From Planctomycetota bacterium (lineage in GTDB: Bacteria > Planctomycetota > UBA8742 > SKZP01), in assembly GCA_050249295.1 (NCBI GenBank), contig JBFWQT010000002.1, forward strand, positions 1-59,998: 59,998 nt of DNA. The letters run 5' to 3'. Positions 8,621-16,820 of this stretch are shown in pieces. The position numbers were made by a program, and so were the translations under genes. The first letter of the stretch is position 1, and every line of letters begins with the position of its first letter. The notes beneath the pieces were generated by a model. The model had not been told where the DNA came from. It was given only the letters and a program-made list of their open reading frames with translations, and did not search any database.

Positions 8621-11600
8621 ATGCCGGACCGCGCCCACTTCCTGCCCGTCGGCCGCCTGTCACTTCTGGTGGCTCTCATTTTTCTGTGCGCCCGGGTGTC
8701 CGGCCAGGACGGCGAGATCTATCCCGGCGATCCGATCCCGATGGGCAAGTTGCCGGCCAACGCCTTCCAGATCGGGCATCGGCCGCTGCCGAAGGACGCT
8801 GTGGTCACCACCGAGGTCGGCTACCACAACGTGCAGAACCTGGACGTCACGCTCAACGGGCAGTTGGTCCAGCAGGCCGAGCAGATCACCAATGGCAGCA
8901 CCATCGACGTCGCGACGGTAACCGACACGGCGGACGGCAAGGTCTCGACGATCAGCCTGAACTACACAAAGGCACACGTCGAGCAGATCACCAACGGCGA
9001 GAAGCAGGAGAGCGATGACGGCATCGTCGGCATGACGTTCAACGTGAGCGCCGACGCCGTGAAGGACCGCAACGGCAACGCGGTGAACCAGGCCGTCAAC
9101 AACCTCGGCCGGCAGCGCTATGCCCACGTGACGAAGGGCGACTTGCTCGTCGGGGCGCTCGGCGACATCTGTTACGTCAACCAGCCCGTGAAGGTCTCGC
9201 CCGCCGTGGCGCTGGCGGCGTTCCAGTCGATGATCGGCGAGGGCGACACAAAGATCGAGGAGTGCATCGTCAAGCCGCTCGGCACGCGCATGTACTCGCC
9301 CGGCGTGCGCGCGGCCGTGTTCGAGGTGGTGTCGCTCAAGTCGACCTCCGACGCCGACGGCACGAAGATGACGATGGCGCTGAAGGGCCGCGTCGAGATT
9401 GACCTGCGCCGGGGACTGCGCCTGTCGGTGGAGTTGAGTGGCACCAGCACGGTGCACCTGGAGATGCAGAACCCGAACGGGCAGGTGGTGGTCAAGGGCA
9501 GCGGCACCACCGAACTGCACTGGCGCACGAAGCTGGCCGGCGGTGGCCTCGAGACGCAGGAGCCGAAGGCCCCGACGAATCCGGAGCCCACGCCGAACCC
9601 CGATCCCACGCCGAACCCGAACCCCGATCCCACTCCGAACCCGAACCCGAACCCGGAACCGACGCCCGACCCCGGCCCGACGGCGCACCCCGATCCGACG
9701 CCGAACCCGGTGCCGAGTGGTGTCGGGCAGGAGTACAAGCAGCCGTCCGCCGAGGTAAAGGCCGCGCGGAAGCGCTTCATCGGCGAGCCCGTCGAGGTGC
9801 CGCGCGGCATGGCATTGCCCGACCGCTACTCGCTGCGTCCGTGGATGCCGCGGATCGAGGACCAGCAGACGCGCGGCACCTGTGTCGCCTTCACGCTCAA
9901 CGGCGTGCTGCAGTACCTGACCCAGCGCGACCTTTCCGAGCAGTACACCTACTACGTGTGCGAGACCGACGAGGGCGGCAACGAGTACGGCCTGGTTGGC
10001 ATGGATGCCGCGCTGTGCATGTGTGAGCACGGCACCGTCGAGGAGCCGATCTGGCCATACGTCGACAAGCTGGCCGATGGCGCGCTGATCGCCGGTGGGC
10101 CGCCGCCGGCCACGATCAAGGCCGACACGAAGATGTACCGGTTCTCGCAGGTGCGCCGGCTGGCGAAGGCCGACATCGATCACTTCCGCTACGCGATTGC
10201 CGTGCTGCACCGGCCCGTCGTGGTCAGCGTGCCGGTCGACTGGGACGCCGGGTGGCGCGACGGCGACATCACGATTCCGAAGAACGCGATCACGCCGGAA
10301 CCGGGCAACGCCGAGATCGACCTCGAGAACCAGCGCCACGGCGCGTGGCATGCCGTCAGCGTGATCGGCTACCAGCACTGGGCGTCGCGCCCCAATGAGT
10401 CGAAGTTCATCCTCCGCAACAGCTGGGGCGAGAACACCGCGTGGGGCGGCTACTACACGATCCCGTTCGAGTACATCGCGAAGTACATCCGCTATGCGTT
10501 CATCGTCGACTGCGAGAACCCGGCCGTGAAGGTCGACGATGAGATCGCGAAGGCCGACAACTACCAGTACACCGAGTTCGAGAAGTTCAAGGTCGGCGAA
10601 GGCCGTTACGAGTTCGCGCACGACCTGGTGGTCGGCCCCAAGCAGACGCTGGATATCCCGCGCGGCGCGACGCTGCACTTCCAGAAGGGCGCCGGCCTGC
10701 AGTGCTACGGCAAGCTGGAATGCCGCGGCGGCGAGACCACGCCGATCCTGATCAGCGGTGACCCGGGCTGGACCGGCGTGGAGTGCTCGTCACGCCGCGG
10801 CCGCGCGACCATGACCTGGACGACGATTGACGGCGGCACGAAGGACTGGGGCGGCTGCCTCAAGGTGGCGGGTGGCGCCGAGGTCTCGGCCGAGAACTGC
10901 GTGTTCCGCAACGGCCGCGGGACCGAGCAGGGCGGCCTCGTGGCGATGTACGGCATGCGCGACAAGGAGCTGCACACGTTCTTTGCCAGCACGCTGACGG
11001 CCCGCAAGTGCCGCTTCGAGAACGGCCAGGCGCCGGAGGCCGGCGGAATCCGCGCCAATCCGGGAAGCACGCTGCGCCTCGACGACTGCGTGATCAGCGG
11101 CTGCAAGGCGACCGGCGAAGAGGGCACTGGCGGCGCGATGCTGGTGCTCGGCTCCGACGACCGCATCACCGAGGCCACGCTGCAACGCTGCGAGATTTCC
11201 GGCTGCAGCGCGACCGACAACTCGGGTGCGTTCAACGCCAACATCTTTGTCGCGCTCAAGCTCTCGGCCTGTGCATTCACGAACAACTCGGCCGGCAAGA
11301 GCTGCGGCGTGTTCAGCGTGTACTCGCGCGCCGACAAGCCGACTACGGTGACTCTCGACAACTGCACCTTCACCGGCAACAGCACGGCGGGCAGCAGCGG
11401 CGTGGGCTTCATCGGCCCCGACGCGCGTGTGACCGGCCGCAGCGCGACGTTCACCAACAACAAGGCGGGCAGCACCGGCGGCTGCTTCGGCGTGCGCGGC
11501 GCGGGTGGCGAGCAGCCCGAGCTCAAGCTCAGCGACTGCACCTTCACCGGCAATTCGGGCGACTCGGGCGGCGCGATCAACGCGTATGGCAACGGCCACG

Positions 11601-12109
11601 TGGTGCTCGAACGCTGCAAGTTCACGCAGTGCACGGCCGGTGCCGAGGGCAACGGCGGCGCGATCCACGTCTACCGCGGCAAGATTGTCGCCACCCAGTG
11701 CACGTTCGACGGCAACTCCGCGCGGCTCGGTGGTGCGGCGGCCTGCGTGGGTGGCGGCACGATGGACCTGGCGACCTGCACGTTCAGCGCCAACAAGAGC
11801 AGCAAGCTCGGCGGCGCGTTCTACAGCAACGGCAGTGCCGACGCGCCGGCCAACCTCAAGATGCGCAACTGCACGTTCACGAAGAACCACGCCGCGGACG
11901 CGGCCGGCGGCATCATGTTCAACGGCGGTGTGATCGCCGCGCTGGAGAGCTGCAAGTTCCCGGACAACACCTCCGGCGAGGAGAATCGCAACGGTCTGTA
12001 CGCCTTTGCCCCGGCCGACAACCGCAGCGAGGTGACGTGCAAGTACTGCCAGTTCAAGGACGACAAGGCCTGCTGGGCCAACGACGACGGAGTCAAGCTC
12101 ACGAAGTGA
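8621..12109 (+). CDS. Secreted papain-like (C1 family) cysteine peptidase with an N-terminal unknown module, a Pro/Asn-rich linker and a C-terminal Pmp-type parallel beta-helix
   Basis: ORF 8549..12109(+). ATG 8621 is preceded by GGAG (8610-8613) and followed by the signal peptide MPDRAHFLPVGRLSLLVALIFLCARVSGQ. Catalytic motifs: DQQTRGTCVAFT (Cys), GAWHAVSVIGY (His), ILRNSWG (Asn). Linker: PNPDPTPNPNPDPTPNPNPNPEPTPDP. C-terminal repeats carry GGA(I/M/F) and FxxN motifs (FTGNSGDSGGAINAY, FSANKSSKLGGAFYS, FTKNHAADAAGGIMF). Confidence 0.85.
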   Translation: MPDRAHFLPVGRLSLLVALIFLCARVSGQDGEIYPGDPIPMGKLPANAFQIGHRPLPKDAVVTTEVGYHNVQNLDVTLNGQLVQQAEQITNGSTIDVATVTDTADGKVSTISLNYTKAHVEQITNGEKQESDDGIVGMTFNVSADAVKDRNGNAVNQAVNNLGRQRYAHVTKGDLLVGALGDICYVNQPVKVSPAVALAAFQSMIGEGDTKIEECIVKPLGTRMYSPGVRAAVFEVVSLKSTSDADGTKMTMALKGRVEIDLRRGLRLSVELSGTSTVHLEMQNPNGQVVVKGSGTTELHWRTKLAGGGLETQEPKAPTNPEPTPNPDPTPNPNPDPTPNPNPNPEPTPDPGPTAHPDPTPNPVPSGVGQEYKQPSAEVKAARKRFIGEPVEVPRGMALPDRYSLRPWMPRIEDQQTRGTCVAFTLNGVLQYLTQRDLSEQYTYYVCETDEGGNEYGLVGMDAALCMCEHGTVEEPIWPYVDKLADGALIAGGPPPATIKADTKMYRFSQVRRLAKADIDHFRYAIAVLHRPVVVSVPVDWDAGWRDGDITIPKNAITPEPGNAEIDLENQRHGAWHAVSVIGYQHWASRPNESKFILRNSWGENTAWGGYYTIPFEYIAKYIRYAFIVDCENPAVKVDDEIAKADNYQYTEFEKFKVGEGRYEFAHDLVVGPKQTLDIPRGATLHFQKGAGLQCYGKLECRGGETTPILISGDPGWTGVECSSRRGRATMTWTTIDGGTKDWGGCLKVAGGAEVSAENCVFRNGRGTEQGGLVAMYGMRDKELHTFFASTLTARKCRFENGQAPEAGGIRANPGSTLRLDDCVISGCKATGEEGTGGAMLVLGSDDRITEATLQRCEISGCSATDNSGAFNANIFVALKLSACAFTNNSAGKSCGVFSVYSRADKPTTVTLDNCTFTGNSTAGSSGVGFIGPDARVTGRSATFTNNKAGSTGGCFGVRGAGGEQPELKLSDCTFTGNSGDSGGAINAYGNGHVVLERCKFTQCTAGAEGNGGAIHVYRGKIVATQCTFDGNSARLGGAAACVGGGTMDLATCTFSANKSSKLGGAFYSNGSADAPANLKMRNCTFTKNHAADAAGGIMFNGGVIAALESCKFPDNTSGEENRNGLYAFAPADNRSEVTCKYCQFKDDKACWANDDGVKLTK

Positions 12110-12243
12110 TCGCACCCGCGCCATGCACGTGAGACCCGGCATGCGCACGCTCCCCGGTGCGCGTGCCAGGTCACGGCCGGCGCAGGTCCCGACCTCGTCC
12201 ACACGTCACGTCACACACGACACGACACAGACCCTCGCCCGAC

Positions 12244-15200
12244 ATGACCGGCACCACTCGCCACCTCGCGCTCGCTGCGCTGCTGTTCCTCCTTGCTGAA
12301 CTGCCGGCACCGCTCGGGCCGCTGGCCGACGCGCAGCCCGGCGCCGACCGCATCCGGGTCCGCACCAACGGCGGCGAGGCCTACAACAGCAAGGTGCAGA
12401 ACGTGGTCCACACCGCGATCCTGCCGAATGCGAAGTTCGACGCAGCCTCGATGTGGCACAGCGACGAACTCGGCAACGACCTGTGGGTCTGGCTCGAGTT
12501 CACGTTCCCGCAGGTCGTCACGCTCAGCGCGATCCGCCTGCACACCGAACACGAGCAGCGCTGGCACGAGGCCAACGCGGTGCGCGTCGAGGTCGCGGCG
12601 GGCAACAGCTGGCGCGAACTCACACGCGGCGGGATCGACAGCGACGACGCGCTGATCAGCTTTGATGCGACGGCCGCCACAGTCTGGCGCGTGCACCTGA
12701 TGGCCGACCATCAGAAGCGCATCTCGGTGCGCGGCGTGCAGTTCTACAACGGCCAGCAGGAACTCTATCCGCCACCGTCGGCGCCGGCGCCGCACCCGGC
12801 TCTGGCCGGACGTCCGCTGAGGTTCGGCAACGTGCACGCGTTGCCGGTCGGAGCGACCCTCGCGTCCGGTAGCGAGATCACCGACAACTTCCGCATCCGT
12901 CGCCCGTCTGCGCCGGACGCCACCTCGCTGCCGGTCGGCCGCTGCCACACGCACCGCGAGACGCAGACGGTGACCGCCGTGGATGCCGCGGGTGTGCCGA
13001 CCGAGCTGCACATCGCCGCTGGCGACAGTTGCGAGTGCCCGGCCGTCAGCAGTTCGCACTCGCGCAACGGGCGCGACCGCAACGCCGGCCGGCTCGACCA
13101 GCGTGACTACCGCGTCACACGCAGCGCGGCTGCAGCCCTGCAGACGCCCGCGGCCACCGCGGCCGAACTGGCCGTGATGCAGCAGCGACTGAACTGGCTG
13201 GTTGATGGCGACCCGTTCTGCAGGCTGCTGCCCGATCAGTTCGTGGCGGGCCGGAGCTACCGCATCGCCGGCGAGGCTGCACAGAAGGTGCTGCTGGAGT
13301 GCTTCCGCATCCCGCTGGAAGACGACTCGACGCTCGAACTGCGCAACGTGGAGTTCGGCGAGTGCCAGGTGCGCGTCGAGGACGAGCGGATGGTCGACGG
13401 CGTGCGCGAACTGCACATCGCCCTGATGCTCAGCGGTTCGGCCCGCACCGTGGATGGCATGACGCTGACCTTCGAGGTGACCGGCGCGATGGGCATTGAT
13501 GCGGACCGCCGCATCCGGCGCTGGTACGAGCTCGGCGGGCCGCTGGTTGCCAGTGGCGCGCACAAGGGCACCGGGATGGCCGGGTCGGGGTGGTTGTGCG
13601 TCAACTCGTTCAGCGAACTCTCGATGACGCCGCCGCCACCGCCGCCGGATGCCAACTCGCTGGCATGCCCGGAACGGGTGCGCATGCTGCCCGTGTTCTA
13701 CGTGCCGCGCGACGCGCCGATGCCGACCACCGACATGATCGAGCGGTTCATTGCTCACGTGCGGCTCGCGCAGAAGCGGTACGCCGAGCTGCTGGATGGC
13801 GACACGTTCGAGGTGGCGTCGTGGCAGCCCGCGATCGTGCGCGGCCGGTACAGCGCGGCGAGCCAGTTCATGCGCGACCAGTGGAGCCACCCCGAACTGC
13901 TCGAACGGAGCGGCTACACGCGGTTCAACTGCCCGTACGTGATGCTGATCGTCAACTGGTCGCCGTGGGAGCCGGCCATCGTCGCCGGCGGGCGACCCTA
14001 CAACGGCAGCCTGAATGCGGGCGGCGGGATCGCCGAGTACTTCCGCGGTCCGCTCAGCTGGGCCTCTGTGTTCCAGAAGACCACGCAGCACGAGATCGGA
14101 CACGCCGTCGGCATGCACCACGTCGAGGTGTTCGGCTACCCGCAGAACGAGGGCGGCTGGCTCATGTCCTACGGACCGGAGACCTACTGGAAGTTCCTGG
14201 ACACGCAGGCCGACGGCGTGCAGCGCGTGGTCCGGCCCGAGAACCTCGAGCAGGCCAGCTGGAATCATCGCGTGTTCACGAAGTTCCGCTTCGATCCGGC
14301 GCGCCACATCCCGGCTGGCTACGACAAGAAAAGCGGCGATCGACCCTACGGGGAGGCACCGCTGATCGGGTCGCCGCCGTGGATGTTCACGGTGCGCAGC
14401 GACATCCCGTCGGCCTACAACTCTGCGCCGGGCAACCTTGAACGCCATCGGCTGGAGACGAATCGCGGCCCGAACGGCTACGTCAGCGGCAACATGTGGC
14501 ACACCGACACGCTGGCCGACAACTGGTGCTGGCTGGACGTGACGTTCCCGATGGTGGCCACGCTCTCGACCATCCGGCTGCATACCCAGCACAGCCTGCG
14601 GTACCACCAGGCGGTGGCGTGGCGCATCGAGGTGTTGCAGCGCGATGGCACCCGGCGTGAAGTCGGCAAGGGCGACATCAGCAGCGACGACCACCTCGCG
14701 ACGTTCCCCACGTCCACGGCCCGCGTGTGGCGCATCTGGCTCAAGGCTGACGACAGCAAGAAGGTTGTCGTGCGCGGGCTGCAGTTCTACTGGGGCCGGC
14801 GCGAGATCATCCCGCCGCCATGGTTCGTGCCCGAACACCCCGGCCTGGCCGCGTTGCCGCATCCGCCGGCCGCGCCGACCACGCCGACGACGACGCCTGC
14901 GGCGAGTGGCATCGAGGTCCGTCGCGACGCCCTGCCGGCCGGCGCCACCATCACGAGCAGCAGCCACCTGAAGACCGACCTGCAGATCAAGGTGTTGCTC
15001 AACGGCCAGCAGGTGAACGACGTGCACCAGACGCAGGATCAGGCGCACAACGAGACCGCCACGGTGGTGACCGCGGCCAGGCAGTTCGACTTCGTCTGTC
15101 GCGAGAGCGGCACCACGATGCAGCAGGCCGGGCAGAGCAGTCGCACGCCCGACCCACGCGAGAAGCGCGCCTGTCGCGTGACGCGCAACGGCGCCGCGAC

Positions 15201-15687
15201 AACGACCACGGCCACCAGCACCGACGGCGCGCCGCTCGACCCGGCCGCGAAGCTGGCGATAGAGCAGCGCGTCAACGACCTCGTGGATGGCGACCCGGTG
15301 GCGGCCACGCTGCCCGACCGCATCGATGTCGGCAAGTCGTACGACGTCCCGGCTGACGCAGCGTTCCGCGCGTTCATTGTCGGCGGCGACCTGAAGGTCA
15401 CGTCGTGCCGGATGACGCTGATCCGCGTCGAGCAGACCGACGGACTGCGCGTCGGCGTGTTCAGCCTGACCTACGCGGCGAGCGGCGAGATCGCACCCGG
15501 CGTGACACTCGGCACCAACCAGAGCGGCGAGTACCGCATCGACCTCGACCGCCGTATCCGTCTCGCGGCTGCCATCAGCGGCCCCGCCACGATGAAGGGT
15601 TCGCAACAGACCGCCGATGGCCTGATCGGCTACGAGGCGACCGGCACCATGTCGTTCACCGAAACCAACGTGGTGCGCCTGAAGTAG
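12244..15687 (+). CDS. Secreted metzincin-type zinc metallopeptidase flanked by two discoidin (F5/8 type C)-like domains and two copies of an unknown module
   Basis: ORF 12157..15687(+). ATG 12244 gives the signal peptide MTGTTRHLALAALLFLLAELPAP. Zinc motif HEIGHAVGMHH (HExxHxxGxxH) at nt 14089-14121. Discoidin-like: SMWHSDELGNDLWVWLEFTFPQVVTLSAIRLHT..VWRVHL..VRGVQFYNG, repeated as NMWHTDTLADNWCWLDVTFPMVATLSTIRLHT..VWRIWL..VRGLQFYWG. Confidence 0.8.
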   Translation: MTGTTRHLALAALLFLLAELPAPLGPLADAQPGADRIRVRTNGGEAYNSKVQNVVHTAILPNAKFDAASMWHSDELGNDLWVWLEFTFPQVVTLSAIRLHTEHEQRWHEANAVRVEVAAGNSWRELTRGGIDSDDALISFDATAATVWRVHLMADHQKRISVRGVQFYNGQQELYPPPSAPAPHPALAGRPLRFGNVHALPVGATLASGSEITDNFRIRRPSAPDATSLPVGRCHTHRETQTVTAVDAAGVPTELHIAAGDSCECPAVSSSHSRNGRDRNAGRLDQRDYRVTRSAAAALQTPAATAAELAVMQQRLNWLVDGDPFCRLLPDQFVAGRSYRIAGEAAQKVLLECFRIPLEDDSTLELRNVEFGECQVRVEDERMVDGVRELHIALMLSGSARTVDGMTLTFEVTGAMGIDADRRIRRWYELGGPLVASGAHKGTGMAGSGWLCVNSFSELSMTPPPPPPDANSLACPERVRMLPVFYVPRDAPMPTTDMIERFIAHVRLAQKRYAELLDGDTFEVASWQPAIVRGRYSAASQFMRDQWSHPELLERSGYTRFNCPYVMLIVNWSPWEPAIVAGGRPYNGSLNAGGGIAEYFRGPLSWASVFQKTTQHEIGHAVGMHHVEVFGYPQNEGGWLMSYGPETYWKFLDTQADGVQRVVRPENLEQASWNHRVFTKFRFDPARHIPAGYDKKSGDRPYGEAPLIGSPPWMFTVRSDIPSAYNSAPGNLERHRLETNRGPNGYVSGNMWHTDTLADNWCWLDVTFPMVATLSTIRLHTQHSLRYHQAVAWRIEVLQRDGTRREVGKGDISSDDHLATFPTSTARVWRIWLKADDSKKVVVRGLQFYWGRREIIPPPWFVPEHPGLAALPHPPAAPTTPTTTPAASGIEVRRDALPAGATITSSSHLKTDLQIKVLLNGQQVNDVHQTQDQAHNETATVVTAARQFDFVCRESGTTMQQAGQSSRTPDPREKRACRVTRNGAATTTTATSTDGAPLDPAAKLAIEQRVNDLVDGDPVAATLPDRIDVGKSYDVPADAAFRAFIVGGDLKVTSCRMTLIRVEQTDGLRVGVFSLTYAASGEIAPGVTLGTNQSGEYRIDLDRRIRLAAAISGPATMKGSQQTADGLIGYEATGTMSFTETNVVRLK

Positions 15688-15718
15688 CACCAACCCGTGC
15701 CCGGCGTGCCGACCCGGG

Positions 15719-16786
15719 TCAGGTGCGCTGGTCGGTTCTCCCCTTCGCCCCCTGCTCCAGGCGGATCAGCTCGGCGGCGAGGTCGTTGACTGCCAACTGG
15801 CGCGCACGCGGGCAACTCGCCAGCACCGACTCCGGCATGCTCGCCACCACCGTCGTGGAGAGCAGCTGAACCAGCACACTGCCGCCTGCGTCGGCGACCG
15901 CCCGGCAGCCCACTGCGCCATCCATGCCCATGCCGGTGAGCTGCACGGCCACCACACGCGAGCCAGCGGCGGCCGCGACCGACTCCATCATCCAGTCGAC
16001 CGACGGTCGATGGCCGGAGCGCGGTGGATCGGCCGACAACACCACGCGATCGCCGCGAGCAAGACCGAGGTGATGGCCATCCGGCGCAATCAGCACGGTG
16101 CCGCCACTCAGGCGCTCGCCGTCGCGCGCAATCTGCACCTGCAGCGGCGTCACGCGATCCAGCCAGCCGGCGAAGGCGGCGGTGAAGCCGGGCGAGATGT
16201 GCTGCGTGACAAGGATCGGATTGCTGAACCCGGCCGGTAGCGCGCCGAGCAGCTGTTGCAGCACAGGTGGCCCGCCGGTGGATGCGCCGATGGCAACGAT
16301 CAGCGGTTCACCGCTCGTGCGCGGCTGCACGACCATCGGCGTGGCGATTGCCGGCACGGCGGGCGTGGCGGTCGTGGCGGGCACTACACCGCGAGCGCGG
16401 ACCACGCGCACGGCCGCCATCGTGCGGATGATCCCGGCGAAGTGTGGATCGCCCGCGGTCGGCAGATCGGTGATCCGCAGCGCGCCGAACCGCAGGGCCT
16501 CGATTGCCGCGGCCTGCTCGTCGCCGTTGTGCGACGCGGTCACGAGGATCGGGCACGGCACGTCGATCATCAGCCGTTGCGCGACCTCGGCGCTGCCGGG
16601 ACCACGAACGTTCGCGCCGAGCACGACAATGTCCGGCGCCAGCTTGCGCACCAGGCTGATCGCCGCATCGCCACCGGCTGCGTCGCCGACGACGGTCATG
16701 TCGAGCTCGCGCGACACAAGGTCACGGATGAGCGATCGGGTCAGGGCCGAATGATCGACCACCACGACCCTCAACGTGCGCGTCAT
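15719..16786 (-). CDS. cheB: Protein-glutamate methylesterase CheB with a degenerate (pseudo-)receiver domain
   Basis: ATG at 16786. Catalytic triad contexts are conserved: IGASTGGP (Ser), VTQHISPGF (His), LTGMGMDGA (Asp). Receiver positions are altered: VVDHS (DD to DH), DIVVLGANV (phospho-Asp to Gly), RITDLP (Lys lost). Confidence 0.9.
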   Translation of the reverse strand: MTRTLRVVVVDHSALTRSLIRDLVSRELDMTVVGDAAGGDAAISLVRKLAPDIVVLGANVRGPGSAEVAQRLMIDVPCPILVTASHNGDEQAAAIEALRFGALRITDLPTAGDPHFAGIIRTMAAVRVVRARGVVPATTATPAVPAIATPMVVQPRTSGEPLIVAIGASTGGPPVLQQLLGALPAGFSNPILVTQHISPGFTAAFAGWLDRVTPLQVQIARDGERLSGGTVLIAPDGHHLGLARGDRVVLSADPPRSGHRPSVDWMMESVAAAAGSRVVAVQLTGMGMDGAVGCRAVADAGGSVLVQLLSTTVVASMPESVLASCPRARQLAVNDLAAELIRLEQGAKGRTDQRT

Positions 16787-16820
16787 CAGTGGTGTCGGTG
16801 AGAACCTGGCAGCGGCGACA

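Noticed and set aside
9570-9720. CCGAAC/CCCGAT-rich nucleotide repeats as a DNA-level repeat element
   Set aside because: The repeats are in-frame and encode the PNPDPTPNP inter-domain linker of the C1 peptidase. This is ordinary low-complexity coding sequence, although in-frame length variation between strains is possible.
12800-15690. Diversity-generating retroelement (template/variable repeat pair) as an explanation for the duplicated modules in the metzincin gene
   Set aside because: The copies are diverged throughout at the protein level rather than differing at adenine-specific positions. No reverse transcriptase or near-identical nucleotide repeat is present in the window.
15688-15718. 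Bidirectional terminator between the metzincin gene and cheB (CCCGG..CCGGG)
   Set aside because: There is only a 5-bp stem and no U-tract on either strand. This is too weak to call.
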